A stretch of DNA of 64,000 nt, taken from NCBI GenBank assembly GCA_964521955.1, contig CAZFTX010000005.1, forward strand, positions 804 to 64,803, given 5' to 3'. Both the position numbers and the translations under genes were made by a program. This DNA is from an uncultured Candidatus Saccharibacteria bacterium. Lineage in GTDB: Bacteria > Patescibacteriota > Doudnabacteria > UBA920. Position 1 is the first letter of the stretch; each line of letters begins with the position of its first letter. This document shows positions 53,611 to 62,934 of the stretch, in pieces. The notes under the pieces were generated by a model. That model did no database searches. It saw nothing but the letters and a program-made list of their open reading frames with translations, and was not told the DNA's origin.

Positions 53611-55026
53611 TTGGGGATTTTTATGAAGAAGGTAAGAATTAAAGTAGAAAGTTACTTAGGGGGTTATGTGGCTATGGAAATGATTTTAGCCTTGTTTGTT
53701 TTTGCTCTCTTGGTTCCGGCTGCAGTGGTTTTAATTTTTTCAAACCAATTTGCAATTATAGACACTGAAAACAACCATACAAGTTTAATTTTAGCTAAAG
53801 AAGTTTTTGAAGAAACTCAAGCAGTTGGTAGGAGTAATTTTAGTTCACTCTCACCTTTAGCGGAGATTCCCGAAGGTGATTTTTTCAAAGACAATTATTT
53901 AGAAGAAATTTCAGACTATGCCTTTTTTTCTGACAGTCGTTCCTGGCATAAAAACTATACTTTAAAAAAAGTTGAACTGCCAACCGCATTTATAGACTGG
54001 AAAAACGCTCTAGGAAAAGACAGTTGTGCTTTAAGTTTTTCCGACAGTTGGGGATCACCGGTTTTAAAAGGAAGTATGAATTTGGGTTTAGGAAACGAAG
54101 CTTTAGATTTAGATGTTCATAATAAAAAAGTTTATATTACCGCTAATTTCTCTCCGGTCTCACAGAGAGATTTTTTTATAGTTGAGGTTACAGATCAAAA
54201 TACTCCTTTTCTTATTTCTTCGCTTCATTCTGGACCTGGGTTATCTGCTGTGCATGTTGCAGGTGATTATGCTTATGTTGCAAATGCAACCCTGACCAAT
54301 CAGTTTCAAGTAATAAGTATTGCAGATAACAATAATCCTATTTTAGTTAAGACTTACAAAATACCGGGGGTTACAGGCACCGGTGGAGCTGGTGTTGGTA
54401 AAAGTATTTTTTATTTAAATAAAAAAATTTATATTGGACTTACAAAAGCCACCGGCCCAGAGTTTCATATTCTTGATGTTGCAATTCCAAACTCGCCGGT
54501 GTTGCTTGGTGCTTTTGAAACTAACACAGTTGTTAGCAGTATTTTTGTAAAAGATGGACTCGCTTATCTGGCAACTGGGGAAGGGGATCAGTTTAGAATT
54601 TTGGACGTAAGTAATCCGAGTAATATTTTTGAACTTGGTAGTTTAGGTTGGCTTAGCCAGTCAGGCCAAAGTGTTACTGTTTTAGGTAATCAAGTAGTTT
54701 TTGGAAGAGCAGGAGGACTTTCTAACTCAGGGCAGCATGAACTTTTTTTGTTAGATGTTAAAAACAAAACATTACCCACATCAGTTTTTTCTTCAGATTT
54801 AAATTTTAGTATTAGGGATATTTTTTGGAGAGATGGATTGGTGTTTTTAGCGACTAACAAAGCTGGGGCGGAATTTCAAGTGTTTGAAAAGTTGGGTAAT
54901 GTATTGGTTTTTAAATCAGGCTTGGATTTAGGCAGTCCGGCTACAGCTTTAGACTGTGAAGATGAAAGCATATTTGTGCTTTCAGAAAATGGTAAATTGA
55001 GCATACTTAATCCGGGTTCTTATTGA
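53611..55026 (+). CDS. pilin-like protein fused to LVIVD-repeat beta-propeller-like domain (paralog of 47252..48712)
   Basis: 471 aa; prepilin-like SYLGG/YVAMEMILALFVFALLV (Glu+5); repeats FFIVEVTDQNTP, FQVISIADNNNP, FHILDVAIPNSP, FRILDVSNPSN, LFLLDVKNKTLP. Confidence 0.55.
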   Translation: MGIFMKKVRIKVESYLGGYVAMEMILALFVFALLVPAAVVLIFSNQFAIIDTENNHTSLILAKEVFEETQAVGRSNFSSLSPLAEIPEGDFFKDNYLEEISDYAFFSDSRSWHKNYTLKKVELPTAFIDWKNALGKDSCALSFSDSWGSPVLKGSMNLGLGNEALDLDVHNKKVYITANFSPVSQRDFFIVEVTDQNTPFLISSLHSGPGLSAVHVAGDYAYVANATLTNQFQVISIADNNNPILVKTYKIPGVTGTGGAGVGKSIFYLNKKIYIGLTKATGPEFHILDVAIPNSPVLLGAFETNTVVSSIFVKDGLAYLATGEGDQFRILDVSNPSNIFELGSLGWLSQSGQSVTVLGNQVVFGRAGGLSNSGQHELFLLDVKNKTLPTSVFSSDLNFSIRDIFWRDGLVFLATNKAGAEFQVFEKLGNVLVFKSGLDLGSPATALDCEDESIFVLSENGKLSILNPGSY

Positions 55027-55045
55027 TTTGTGATATTATATAGGT

Positions 55046-55567
55046 ATGAATAAATTTTTAGACCAAATGCCGGCAAATATGAAACCGGCAAATTTTCAAG
55101 GAAATCCGGAAGAGCAAAAACAACTAAATAAAAAACTTAAATCCATGCAGAAAAAGAACAGGCCTTGGGGTAAGTTTTTAGCTTTTTTGTTAATTTTGGG
55201 TGGTGTAATTTACGCAACACACTATTTTGAAATTTGGGCTATTTATGAAGCAAAAATTGAAGTTGTATCAAAAGAGCAGAAGGTGGACGGTGGGTTTGAT
55301 GGGCAAGTTTTAGACTTTGGAAGAATTTCAGAAAATGAGATGAGTCAGGTGAATTTATCTTTTGAAAATAAGTCTAAATATGTACAAGCAGTTTATGTTT
55401 ATAAAACAGGAAAAATTGCTCCTCATGTAAAGTTTAGCCAGGAGCAGTTTTTAGTCGCTAGAAACGAGGTTAAAACAATTTTTGCTTATACTTTAGCTGG
55501 TAGTTATGATCTTTACGGTAAGTATACCGGTAGGATAATAGTTTTCAGAATTCCAAAACTTTGGTAG
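55046..55567 (+). CDS. membrane-anchored hypothetical protein
   Basis: 173 aa; Lys-rich N-terminus, one TM, C-terminal beta-rich domain; last gene of the pilus cluster. Confidence 0.4.
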   Translation: MNKFLDQMPANMKPANFQGNPEEQKQLNKKLKSMQKKNRPWGKFLAFLLILGGVIYATHYFEIWAIYEAKIEVVSKEQKVDGGFDGQVLDFGRISENEMSQVNLSFENKSKYVQAVYVYKTGKIAPHVKFSQEQFLVARNEVKTIFAYTLAGSYDLYGKYTGRIIVFRIPKLW

Positions 55568-55626
55568 AAAAATTTGGTTAAAAGACTTCCAATAATTTAG
55601 CGGTTGGCTGAGGAAGTTTTTTTAAT

Positions 55627-55665
55627 TTATCATTATCACTTGACTACCTAGAGTGATAATGATAA
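55627..55665 (+). promoter_or_regulatory. CIRCE-like operator (HrcA binding site variant) immediately upstream of hrcA
   Basis: TTATCATTATCACT-TGACTACCTA-GAGTGATAATGATAA inverted repeat. The core TTATCACT-N10-GAGTGATAA resembles CIRCE TTAGCACTC-N9-GAGTGCTAA. Confidence 0.55.
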
Positions 55666-55674
55666 AATCATTTT

Positions 55675-56424
55675 ATGAATGAGATTCAAGAATTAAGCCA
55701 TAGACAAGCCAAAATATTGGCAGCTATAGTCAAAGAGCATTGTGATACTAGTCTGCCAGTAGGTAGCCAGGATTTGGTGGAGAAGTATAATTTTGAAGTC
55801 TCTGCTCCTACTATTCGTAATGAAATGCAGTCTTTGGAAAAGATGGGTTATATAGCTCAGCCTTATACTTCGGCCGGTAGGGTGCCTACCGATAAAGGTT
55901 TTCGCTATTTTGTAAACCAGTTAATGGACAGGGTGAGTTTGGGTATGGAAGAACAGACTCGGTTGAAAAAAGAAATGATAAAATTACAGATGGCGCATGT
56001 GGAAATGGGAAGACGTTTAGCAAAACTGCTTTCAGATCACAGTCAACAGGCCAGCTTTGCTATTTTTCCCGAAGAAGTTTCAACTACAGGGATTTCAAAT
56101 ATTTTAAATACACCTGGATTGCCAGCAGAAGACGCGAAGGAAATTGCTAAATTTTTTGATGACATAGATCAGTACGCAGAAAAAATGATGACTGAATACG
56201 CTCAGGAAGACTCACCTAAAACTTTTATTGGTAAAGAAATTCAACTTTCTCCAAAATCCGGTTACTCTATGATTGTTTCAAGATTGAGTTTGCCTTCTGG
56301 TAAAAAAGGAGTTATTGGTCTAGTTGGTCCTAAGTCCATGCAGTATGAAAAGAATTTGAGTTTATTGGAATATATTTCAAAGTTAATAGGTGGGACTTCT
56401 GTAATTCTTGTTTTATTTTTTTAG
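55675..56424 (+). CDS. hrcA: heat-inducible transcription repressor HrcA (short form)
   Basis: 249 aa; N-terminal winged-helix LSHRQAKILAAIVKEHCDTSLPVGSQDLVEK...APTIRNEMQSLEKMGYIAQPYTSAGRVPTDKGFRYFV. Confidence 0.8.
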   Translation: MNEIQELSHRQAKILAAIVKEHCDTSLPVGSQDLVEKYNFEVSAPTIRNEMQSLEKMGYIAQPYTSAGRVPTDKGFRYFVNQLMDRVSLGMEEQTRLKKEMIKLQMAHVEMGRRLAKLLSDHSQQASFAIFPEEVSTTGISNILNTPGLPAEDAKEIAKFFDDIDQYAEKMMTEYAQEDSPKTFIGKEIQLSPKSGYSMIVSRLSLPSGKKGVIGLVGPKSMQYEKNLSLLEYISKLIGGTSVILVLFF

Positions 56425-56527
56425 TTATTATGAGTAATAATTAATCTAATTTCTAATTAACCTAATTTACCTAAAACTCTCAATTATTTAGAACAATTAG
56501 AGTAAATAGAATAATTTTTTAATATTT

Positions 56528-57055
56528 ATGGACGAGCAAGATCAAGGCACAAATTTGGTTAGTGAGGTAGACAGTGAAAAATTACAAGCAGATTTAGACA
56601 AAGCGTTAGATTCTTGGAAAAGAACAGCAGCAGATTTTGAAAATTTTCGCAGACGAAAAGAGGAAGAAAACAAAGAACTGGTAGAATTTGCCAGAGAAGT
56701 CACAATTGCAAAACTTTTACCCACTTTGGATTCTTTGGAACAAGCTTTAAAACATATGCCTGAAATGAATCTTGAATCTGGAAGTATGAATCAAGAGTTT
56801 GAAAAACAGTACAAAAACTGGCAAACGGGCGCAAACGGGATTGTTTCGCAGTTAGATAAAGTTTTGGAAGAATTGGGTGTGAAAAAAATACAAGCATTGG
56901 GTAATAAATTTGACCCGCATTTACACGAAGCTTTAAGAGAAGAGGAAAGTGAAAAAGAAGCTGGGACTGTAACGCAAGAAATTCAGACTGGGTTTGAGTT
57001 AAACGGTAAAGTTGTTCGCCCAAGTCAAGTGGTGATTAGTAAGGGAAATAGTTAA
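56528..57055 (+). CDS. grpE: nucleotide exchange factor GrpE
   Basis: 175 aa; DFENFRRRKEEENKELVEFAREVTIAKLLPTLDSLEQAL. Confidence 0.85.
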   Translation: MDEQDQGTNLVSEVDSEKLQADLDKALDSWKRTAADFENFRRRKEEENKELVEFAREVTIAKLLPTLDSLEQALKHMPEMNLESGSMNQEFEKQYKNWQTGANGIVSQLDKVLEELGVKKIQALGNKFDPHLHEALREEESEKEAGTVTQEIQTGFELNGKVVRPSQVVISKGNS

Positions 57056-57077
57056 ATATTAAAGTTAATATAAATAT

Positions 57078-57467
57078 ATGGGAAAAATAAATCCGGAAAA
57101 TCATCCAAATCAACAAGAAGTGAATGACGATAAAAGCGCCAGAGCATACTTAGACGCAACGACACCTCCAATTGAATTTCGTTTTCATAACGATATGTAC
57201 AAAAAGCAGGTAATGGAAATGATTAACGACTTGTCTAGCGGATATTTTTTACAAAGCCCGAATGAATTTGAGGATGGAGAGTATAAAGTAGTTTTGGAAC
57301 ATGGTAAAACAGGTCAAACAAAAAATTATTTTTTTGAAGTTCCTTTACCCCTTGAATCATTAGCCAAAGTTAGACGAGAAGCAAAAGAGCAAAAGCAAAG
57401 CCTTGAAGATGTTAAAGATTTAGAAAATGAGCATTTAATAGAGTTACTAGAAAGTTGGATTAAATAA
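57078..57467 (+). CDS. hypothetical protein inserted between grpE and dnaK
   Basis: 129 aa, acidic, no recognised domain. Confidence 0.45.
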   Translation: MGKINPENHPNQQEVNDDKSARAYLDATTPPIEFRFHNDMYKKQVMEMINDLSSGYFLQSPNEFEDGEYKVVLEHGKTGQTKNYFFEVPLPLESLAKVRREAKEQKQSLEDVKDLENEHLIELLESWIK

Positions 57468-57582
57468 TTAATTATGAAATATTAACCTCAATTCAGCTCT
57501 CTCCTGTTTACCCCATTCCTGCAAAGCAGAAGAATGGGGGAATTCCAATCTCAAGAGAGGGAGGTAATAAGGAATTACTATT

Positions 57583-59463
57583 ATGTCAAAAATTATTGGT
57601 ATAGATTTAGGAACTTCAAACTCCGCAGCTTCAGTTGTTGAAGGCGGTACCCCTGTAATTATTCCGGCAGCGGAAGGGGCTTCTTTGGGAGGTAAAGCTT
57701 TTCCTTCTTATGTGGCTTTTACCAAAGATTCACAGCTTTTGGTTGGTGAGCCTGCAAGAAGACAAGCCGTAACAAATCCTGAAGGCACAATTTTTGAAGC
57801 CAAAAGAAAAATGGGTACTAATTTTAAGTATTCGGTGTTTGGCAAAGATTATTCCCCGGAACAAATTTCAGCTTTTATTTTGCAAAAAATTAAAAAAGAT
57901 GCCGAAAGTTTTTTGGGTCAACCTGTAACCAAAGCAGTAATTACTGTTCCAGCTTATTTTGACGATACACAAAGGCAGGCAACAAAAAACGCAGGTGAAA
58001 TTGCCGGCTTGGAAGTAGTTAGGGTGATCAATGAGCCTACTGCAGCAGCTTTTGCTTATGGTTTGGACAAGACCGGAGGTAAAGACCAAAAGATTTTGGT
58101 TTTTGACTTAGGTGGTGGAACTTTGGATGTAACTATTATGGATTTTGGCGAACACGACGGCCAGGCAACTTTTGAAGTGCTTTCTACTTCTGGGGACACT
58201 CAATTAGGTGGTAAAGACATGGATAAAGCATTAATTGATTTTATAGTTGGTCGGTTTAAAGACGAAAATGGAGTAGATATTTCAGTTGATAAAATGGCAA
58301 TGAACCGTGTAAGAGAGGCTGCAGAAAAAGCGAAAATTGAACTTTCTACAGTGCTTGAAACCGAAGTTAATTTACCGTTTATAACTGCTGATCAAAATGG
58401 TCCAAAGCATTTACAGTTAAAAATTACCCGTGCTAAGTTAGAAGAATTGATTAAACCAATTACAGAGCGCATGCATAAGCCTGTAGAGCAGGCAATTACA
58501 GACGCGAAGCTAACCCCTGATAAAATAGACAAAATTATTTTGATTGGTGGACCAACTCGTATGCCTGCTGTTAAGAGTTTTGTTGAAAATTATATTGGTA
58601 AAAAAGTAGAAGGTGGTGTTGATCCAATGGAAGCAGTGGCTAAAGGCGCTGCAATACAGGCAGGGATTTTAGGCGGTGATATTAAAGATAAAGAAATTTT
58701 ACTTTTGGATGTAACGCCTTTAACTTTAGGTTTAGAAACTTTAGGTGGGGTTAGAACTCCGCTTATTGAAAGAAACACAACAATCCCAACTTCTAAGAGT
58801 CAAGTTTTTTCAACAGCAGCTGATAACCAGACCAGCGTGGAAATTCACGCTTTACAAGGTGAGAGAGAATTTGCAAAAGACAACAAATCTTTAGGTAGGT
58901 TTATTTTGGACGGGATTCCTCCTGCCCCACGCGGTGTACCTCAAGTTGAAGTTACTTTTGACATAGATGCTAATGGAATTTTAACTGTTAAAGCTAAAGA
59001 CAAGGCTACGGGTAAAGAGCAGCATATTACTATTCAAGGCTCTTCTAACCTTTCAAAAGACGAAATAGAGAGAATGAAAAAAGAAGCTGAAGCTCATGCT
59101 TCTGAAGATCGCAAGCGTAAGGAAACTATTGATACGAGAAACCAAGCTGATACTTTAATCTCAGTAAGTGAGAAAACCTTAAAGGATGCCGGGGACAAAG
59201 CACCTGAGGCTGATAAGAAGGTGGTAGAAGAAAAAATACAAGCTTTAAAGGATATTAAAGATAAAGAAGATATTGATGCGATTAAAAAAGCAATGGATGA
59301 GCTTTCTGAGGCTGTTCAAAAAGTTGGGGCGGCTATGTATTCAGCTCCTGCTGGCGGAGCGGCCGAAGGACAGGCAAATTCAGGACAAACATCTTCTGAA
59401 GAAAAAAAAGACAATGATTCCGTAGATGCTGAATTTAAAGAAGTACCTAAGGATCAAGCTTAA
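57583..59463 (+). CDS. dnaK: molecular chaperone DnaK (Hsp70)
   Basis: 626 aa; [26 protein letters not shown], and a C-terminal lid with an acidic tail; GGGAGG RBS. Confidence 0.95.
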   Translation: MSKIIGIDLGTSNSAASVVEGGTPVIIPAAEGASLGGKAFPSYVAFTKDSQLLVGEPARRQAVTNPEGTIFEAKRKMGTNFKYSVFGKDYSPEQISAFILQKIKKDAESFLGQPVTKAVITVPAYFDDTQRQATKNAGEIAGLEVVRVINEPTAAAFAYGLDKTGGKDQKILVFDLGGGTLDVTIMDFGEHDGQATFEVLSTSGDTQLGGKDMDKALIDFIVGRFKDENGVDISVDKMAMNRVREAAEKAKIELSTVLETEVNLPFITADQNGPKHLQLKITRAKLEELIKPITERMHKPVEQAITDAKLTPDKIDKIILIGGPTRMPAVKSFVENYIGKKVEGGVDPMEAVAKGAAIQAGILGGDIKDKEILLLDVTPLTLGLETLGGVRTPLIERNTTIPTSKSQVFSTAADNQTSVEIHALQGEREFAKDNKSLGRFILDGIPPAPRGVPQVEVTFDIDANGILTVKAKDKATGKEQHITIQGSSNLSKDEIERMKKEAEAHASEDRKRKETIDTRNQADTLISVSEKTLKDAGDKAPEADKKVVEEKIQALKDIKDKEDIDAIKKAMDELSEAVQKVGAAMYSAPAGGAAEGQANSGQTSSEEKKDNDSVDAEFKEVPKDQA

Positions 59464-59467
59464 TTTT

Positions 59468-60199
59468 ATGAAAAATTTCCTTGCCATTGTCTTTGTTATT
59501 TTTGCCGCAATATTTTTCTATTTATTGTTGCAGACAAGAGGTGATTTAAATAGTGAGTTTAACCGTACAACTCGGTTTACTTTAGGTAAGTATTCTTGGG
59601 CAAGGAAAATTTTTCAATTACATAACCCCGGTGATGCACGTAAGTATTATTTAACCGGTAATGGTTCTTTAATTGTGGAAATAGTTACTGCTGACGGTAC
59701 GGCATTTTCCGAAACAATGTTAAATGAATTTAAAGCGGAGGTAAAAAGGTTAATTGGTAGAGAAGTGGAGGTGTTTAACGAGGATCGTATTGGCGGTGAA
59801 AGTTTAAGTAATGCTGAAATTTCTGAAATTATAAAGACTAAAAGACGCAGGTTTTTACCTGGTCAACCTAATCTTTTTATTATTTATGCTTCAGATTATA
59901 ACTTTCGTGGGGAGGAAGCCTCAAGAACTTTATGGGAATATGGTATTTTGGTTTCGGACCAAAGAGCTACTGAGTTAGCTGCTCGTTATGGGACACCTAA
60001 AGATAAGTTTTTAAAGTCTAGCTTGCTTCATTTTTTTGGCAAGCAAATGGGTCTTTCTAACAACGATAATCAGTCTTGTGTAATGTATAGAAAAGTTGCA
60101 GAAGTAGACATGCAAGGTAAAGTTGACCCAGGGTTTACTGCAAGCGAATACTGCGATTCTGAAATAGAAGAATTAGGAGTAATTAAAAAAAGTTTTTAA
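59468..60199 (+). CDS. membrane-anchored hypothetical protein inserted between dnaK and dnaJ
   Basis: Start at MKNFLAIVFVIFAAIFFYLLL (243 aa); an N-terminal TM followed by a soluble domain containing two Cys. Confidence 0.5.
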   Translation: MKNFLAIVFVIFAAIFFYLLLQTRGDLNSEFNRTTRFTLGKYSWARKIFQLHNPGDARKYYLTGNGSLIVEIVTADGTAFSETMLNEFKAEVKRLIGREVEVFNEDRIGGESLSNAEISEIIKTKRRRFLPGQPNLFIIYASDYNFRGEEASRTLWEYGILVSDQRATELAARYGTPKDKFLKSSLLHFFGKQMGLSNNDNQSCVMYRKVAEVDMQGKVDPGFTASEYCDSEIEELGVIKKSF

Positions 60200-60226
60200 T
60201 ATCACCGGTGTAGCGACAGAAATTTC

Positions 60227-61360
60227 ATGAGTAAAAATTATTATGACATTTTAGGTGTGGCTAAAGGCGCTTCTGAAGAAGAGATAAAGCGAGCTTTTAG
60301 AAAAAAAGCCCACGAACATCATCCCGACAAAGGTAACGGTAATCCGGAAAAATTCAAAGAAGTGAACGAAGCCTATCAAGTTTTATCTGACTCTCAAAAA
60401 AGGCAACAATACGATACTTTTGGTGAAAATTTTTCACAGTATCAGAGCGGTGCCGGCCAGTCCGGCGGTGGTTATCAATGGCAAGGCGGGAATCCATTTG
60501 GTGGTTTTAACCCTTCTGATTTTGGGGGTTTTGGGGATATATTTTCAGATATTTTTGGCAGTCAAGAAGAGCGTAGTACTCGTAGAAATCGAGGTATAGA
60601 TTTAGAAATGGTCTTGGAGATAGACTTTCAAGAAGCGGTTTTTGGGGTTGAAAAAAATATTTCTATAGAAAAACAGGACGTATGTAAAATTTGTTCTGGA
60701 AGTGGAGCGAAACCCGGGACAAAAGTTTCCACATGCTCAAAGTGTCACGGACAAGGTCAGGTAGTTACTACTAGAAATACTATTTTTGGACAAGTCCAAT
60801 CAAGAGTTTCTTGTCCAACTTGCGAAGGTTTGGGTAAGGTTCCGGAAATTCCTTGCGAGACTTGCAAGGGTAGAGGAGTGCTTAAACAGAAAAAAACTTT
60901 GGAAGTTAAAATTCCCGCAGGTATAGACGATGGTCAAAGAATTCGCATTCCTAAAGAAGGTGAAGCCGGTTATAGGGGTTCTGCTCCGGGAGACTTGTTT
61001 TTAGTCATGTCAGTAAGACCTTCTAAGGAATTTGTTCGTGATGGGTTTAATTTATACAGAGAACTTCCTGTTAGTTTTTCACAAGCAGCTTTAGGAGATA
61101 AAATTATTGTAAAAACTTTAGATGGGGATATTGAACTGAAAATTCCTAACGGCACACAAAGTAGCACCATGCTTAAAGTTAAGGACAGAGGGGTACCGCA
61201 TATTAACGGTAAAGGAAGGGGGGATTTAATTTTTACTGTTAGAGTTGTAGTGCCAAAAAAACTTTCTAAAAAAGAAAAAGAATTACTCAAAGAGCTGGCT
61301 AAAGAACAAGGACAGACTGTCAAAGTTGATGAAGGCTTTTGGGACTCTTTTAAAGCTTAA
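60227..61360 (+). CDS. dnaJ: molecular chaperone DnaJ
   Basis: 377 aa; J domain with HPD (HHPDKG), G/F-rich region, four CxxCxGxG zinc-finger repeats. Confidence 0.95.
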   Translation: MSKNYYDILGVAKGASEEEIKRAFRKKAHEHHPDKGNGNPEKFKEVNEAYQVLSDSQKRQQYDTFGENFSQYQSGAGQSGGGYQWQGGNPFGGFNPSDFGGFGDIFSDIFGSQEERSTRRNRGIDLEMVLEIDFQEAVFGVEKNISIEKQDVCKICSGSGAKPGTKVSTCSKCHGQGQVVTTRNTIFGQVQSRVSCPTCEGLGKVPEIPCETCKGRGVLKQKKTLEVKIPAGIDDGQRIRIPKEGEAGYRGSAPGDLFLVMSVRPSKEFVRDGFNLYRELPVSFSQAALGDKIIVKTLDGDIELKIPNGTQSSTMLKVKDRGVPHINGKGRGDLIFTVRVVVPKKLSKKEKELLKELAKEQGQTVKVDEGFWDSFKA

Positions 61361-61475
61361 GAAGCGCCCCGAACTTGGCTCAATTCTTAAACTTAAAAAT
61401 TTTGTAGTTAACTGAGATATTTGATATAATAAAAAGGTAAAAGTCTTCAGATTTTGAAATAAATACCTAAAAATT

Positions 61476-62015
61476 GTGTCAGAAATACTAAACTTAGCAA
61501 AAGCATTTAATTGGCAAAATCCTTCCTGGGATTTGTTCATTTTTTTGTTTTGGACAGTTGCCAGTGTAATTTATGCTTTTACTTCGGGTAGGGGAAGAAT
61601 TATAAACATTTTGTTTAGTGTATATATTGCAAAATTACTTACTTTAGAAGCGCCTTTTTTAACCACAGCCATAGAAAATAAATTACCTGAAAATTTAGCC
61701 TCAGTTCAACAATTGGTTTCTTTTGTAATTTTGTTTTTAGCGCTTTTCTTTTTTTTAGGTAGGTTCGCTTTTAGAACTTCTGCAGACGGCAGGCATTTGG
61801 GTTCTTTAGTTTTTGGTTTAATTTTTGCAGTTTTACAAATAGGTTTGTTAATAAACATTATTTTAACTTTCTTGCCTGCAGATATTCAGCAAAACTTTGG
61901 TGAATTGGTTAGAGTTTTGTTTATTGGTCAAACAGCCAGTTTTGTTTGGCTTTTGGCGCCTTTAGGTTTTTTGATTGTTTTAGGCAGACATATTTCTGAC
62001 GGAAATGAGATTTAA
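61476..62015 (+). CDS. CvpA-like small membrane protein
   Basis: 179 aa, 4 TM, layout similar to the colicin V production (CvpA) family. Weak. Confidence 0.4.
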   Translation: MSEILNLAKAFNWQNPSWDLFIFLFWTVASVIYAFTSGRGRIINILFSVYIAKLLTLEAPFLTTAIENKLPENLASVQQLVSFVILFLALFFFLGRFAFRTSADGRHLGSLVFGLIFAVLQIGLLINIILTFLPADIQQNFGELVRVLFIGQTASFVWLLAPLGFLIVLGRHISDGNEI

Positions 62016-62059
62016 AAATGATCAAAAGTGATCAGAATTGACCATAATTGATCAAGATT

Positions 62060-62440
62060 ATGAAACCAGCCGATTTACAAATAAGAACCAAAACTTTTGC
62101 TTTACGAGTAATTAAGGTAGCTGAATTTTTGCAAAGACATCCTATTGGTAAATTTATTGCTAATCAAATATTTCGTTCAGGTACTTCAGTAGCGGCAAAT
62201 TTATAGAGCGGCTTGTAGAGCTAGGTCGGCAAAAGATTTTATTGCAAAACTTGGAATAGTTATTGAGGAAGTTGACGAAACAGCTTTTTGGTTAGAGTTA
62301 TCAGGTGAGTCAGGCTTTTTGAAGTCAGAACAAATTATTGATTTATTTAAGGAAGCAAATGAGATTACTGCAATTATGGTAGCTTCAAAAATTCGACAAT
62401 TAAAAATCAAAAGCGAAAGTAAATTTTGGTCAATCTTTTA
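62060..62440 (+). pseudogene. four-helix-bundle (23S rRNA IVS protein family) gene disrupted by a frameshift
   Basis: Frame 1 gives MKPADLQIRTKTFALRVIKVAEFLQRHPIGKFIANQIFRSGTSVAANL then TAG. A +1 frame continues YRAACRARSAKDFIAKLGIVIEEVDETAFWLELSGESGFL...KIRQLKIKSESKFWSIF. Together they match the family (compare the 45253 paralog). Confidence 0.55.
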
Positions 62441-62474
62441 AATCTTATTTAATTTTGGTCAATTAATATATTTT

Positions 62475-62858
62475 ATGAAAAAACATATAATTTTAATTAT
62501 TGATGACGATGCTTTAATCGTTGATACTTTAAGAAAGAAATTTTCAGTTTTGGGCACAGAAGTTTACACTGCCAATGGTCCGGAGAAAGCCAAGGAAATT
62601 TTAGAAAAGGTTTTTCCAGAAATTGTGATCTTAGACTTGCTTTTGACCAAAGACGACGGTAGTCAAGGTATTTTAGACTACATGAAAAGCAAACCGGCAT
62701 TAGAAAATGTGCCAGTGATTGTTTTAACAAATATGGACAAACCGGAAATAAAAAGCCTCTTACTCTCTCAAGGGGTAAAAGAATATTTAATAAAAGGATC
62801 TTTGAGTTTAGATGAAATTTATAAAAAAGTTTTTAGCTATCTTGAACCGCAGGGATAA
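62475..62858 (+). CDS. stand-alone response-regulator receiver (CheY-like) protein
   Basis: 127 aa; ILIIDDD, phospho-acceptor Asp in IVILDL, T (LTNMD) and K (IKG) positions conserved. Confidence 0.8.
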   Translation: MKKHIILIIDDDALIVDTLRKKFSVLGTEVYTANGPEKAKEILEKVFPEIVILDLLLTKDDGSQGILDYMKSKPALENVPVIVLTNMDKPEIKSLLLSQGVKEYLIKGSLSLDEIYKKVFSYLEPQG

Positions 62859-62934
62859 AGAAACTTATTACCTTTAATTGATAACTTATAACATATAAAA
62901 ACAAAGTTAGTAGTTAAAAATTAATTGTTATTAG

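Noticed and set aside
62201-62410. Minus-strand ORF 62201..62410
   Set aside because: It is antisense to the frameshifted four-helix-bundle pseudogene, whose two plus-strand frames together match a known family.
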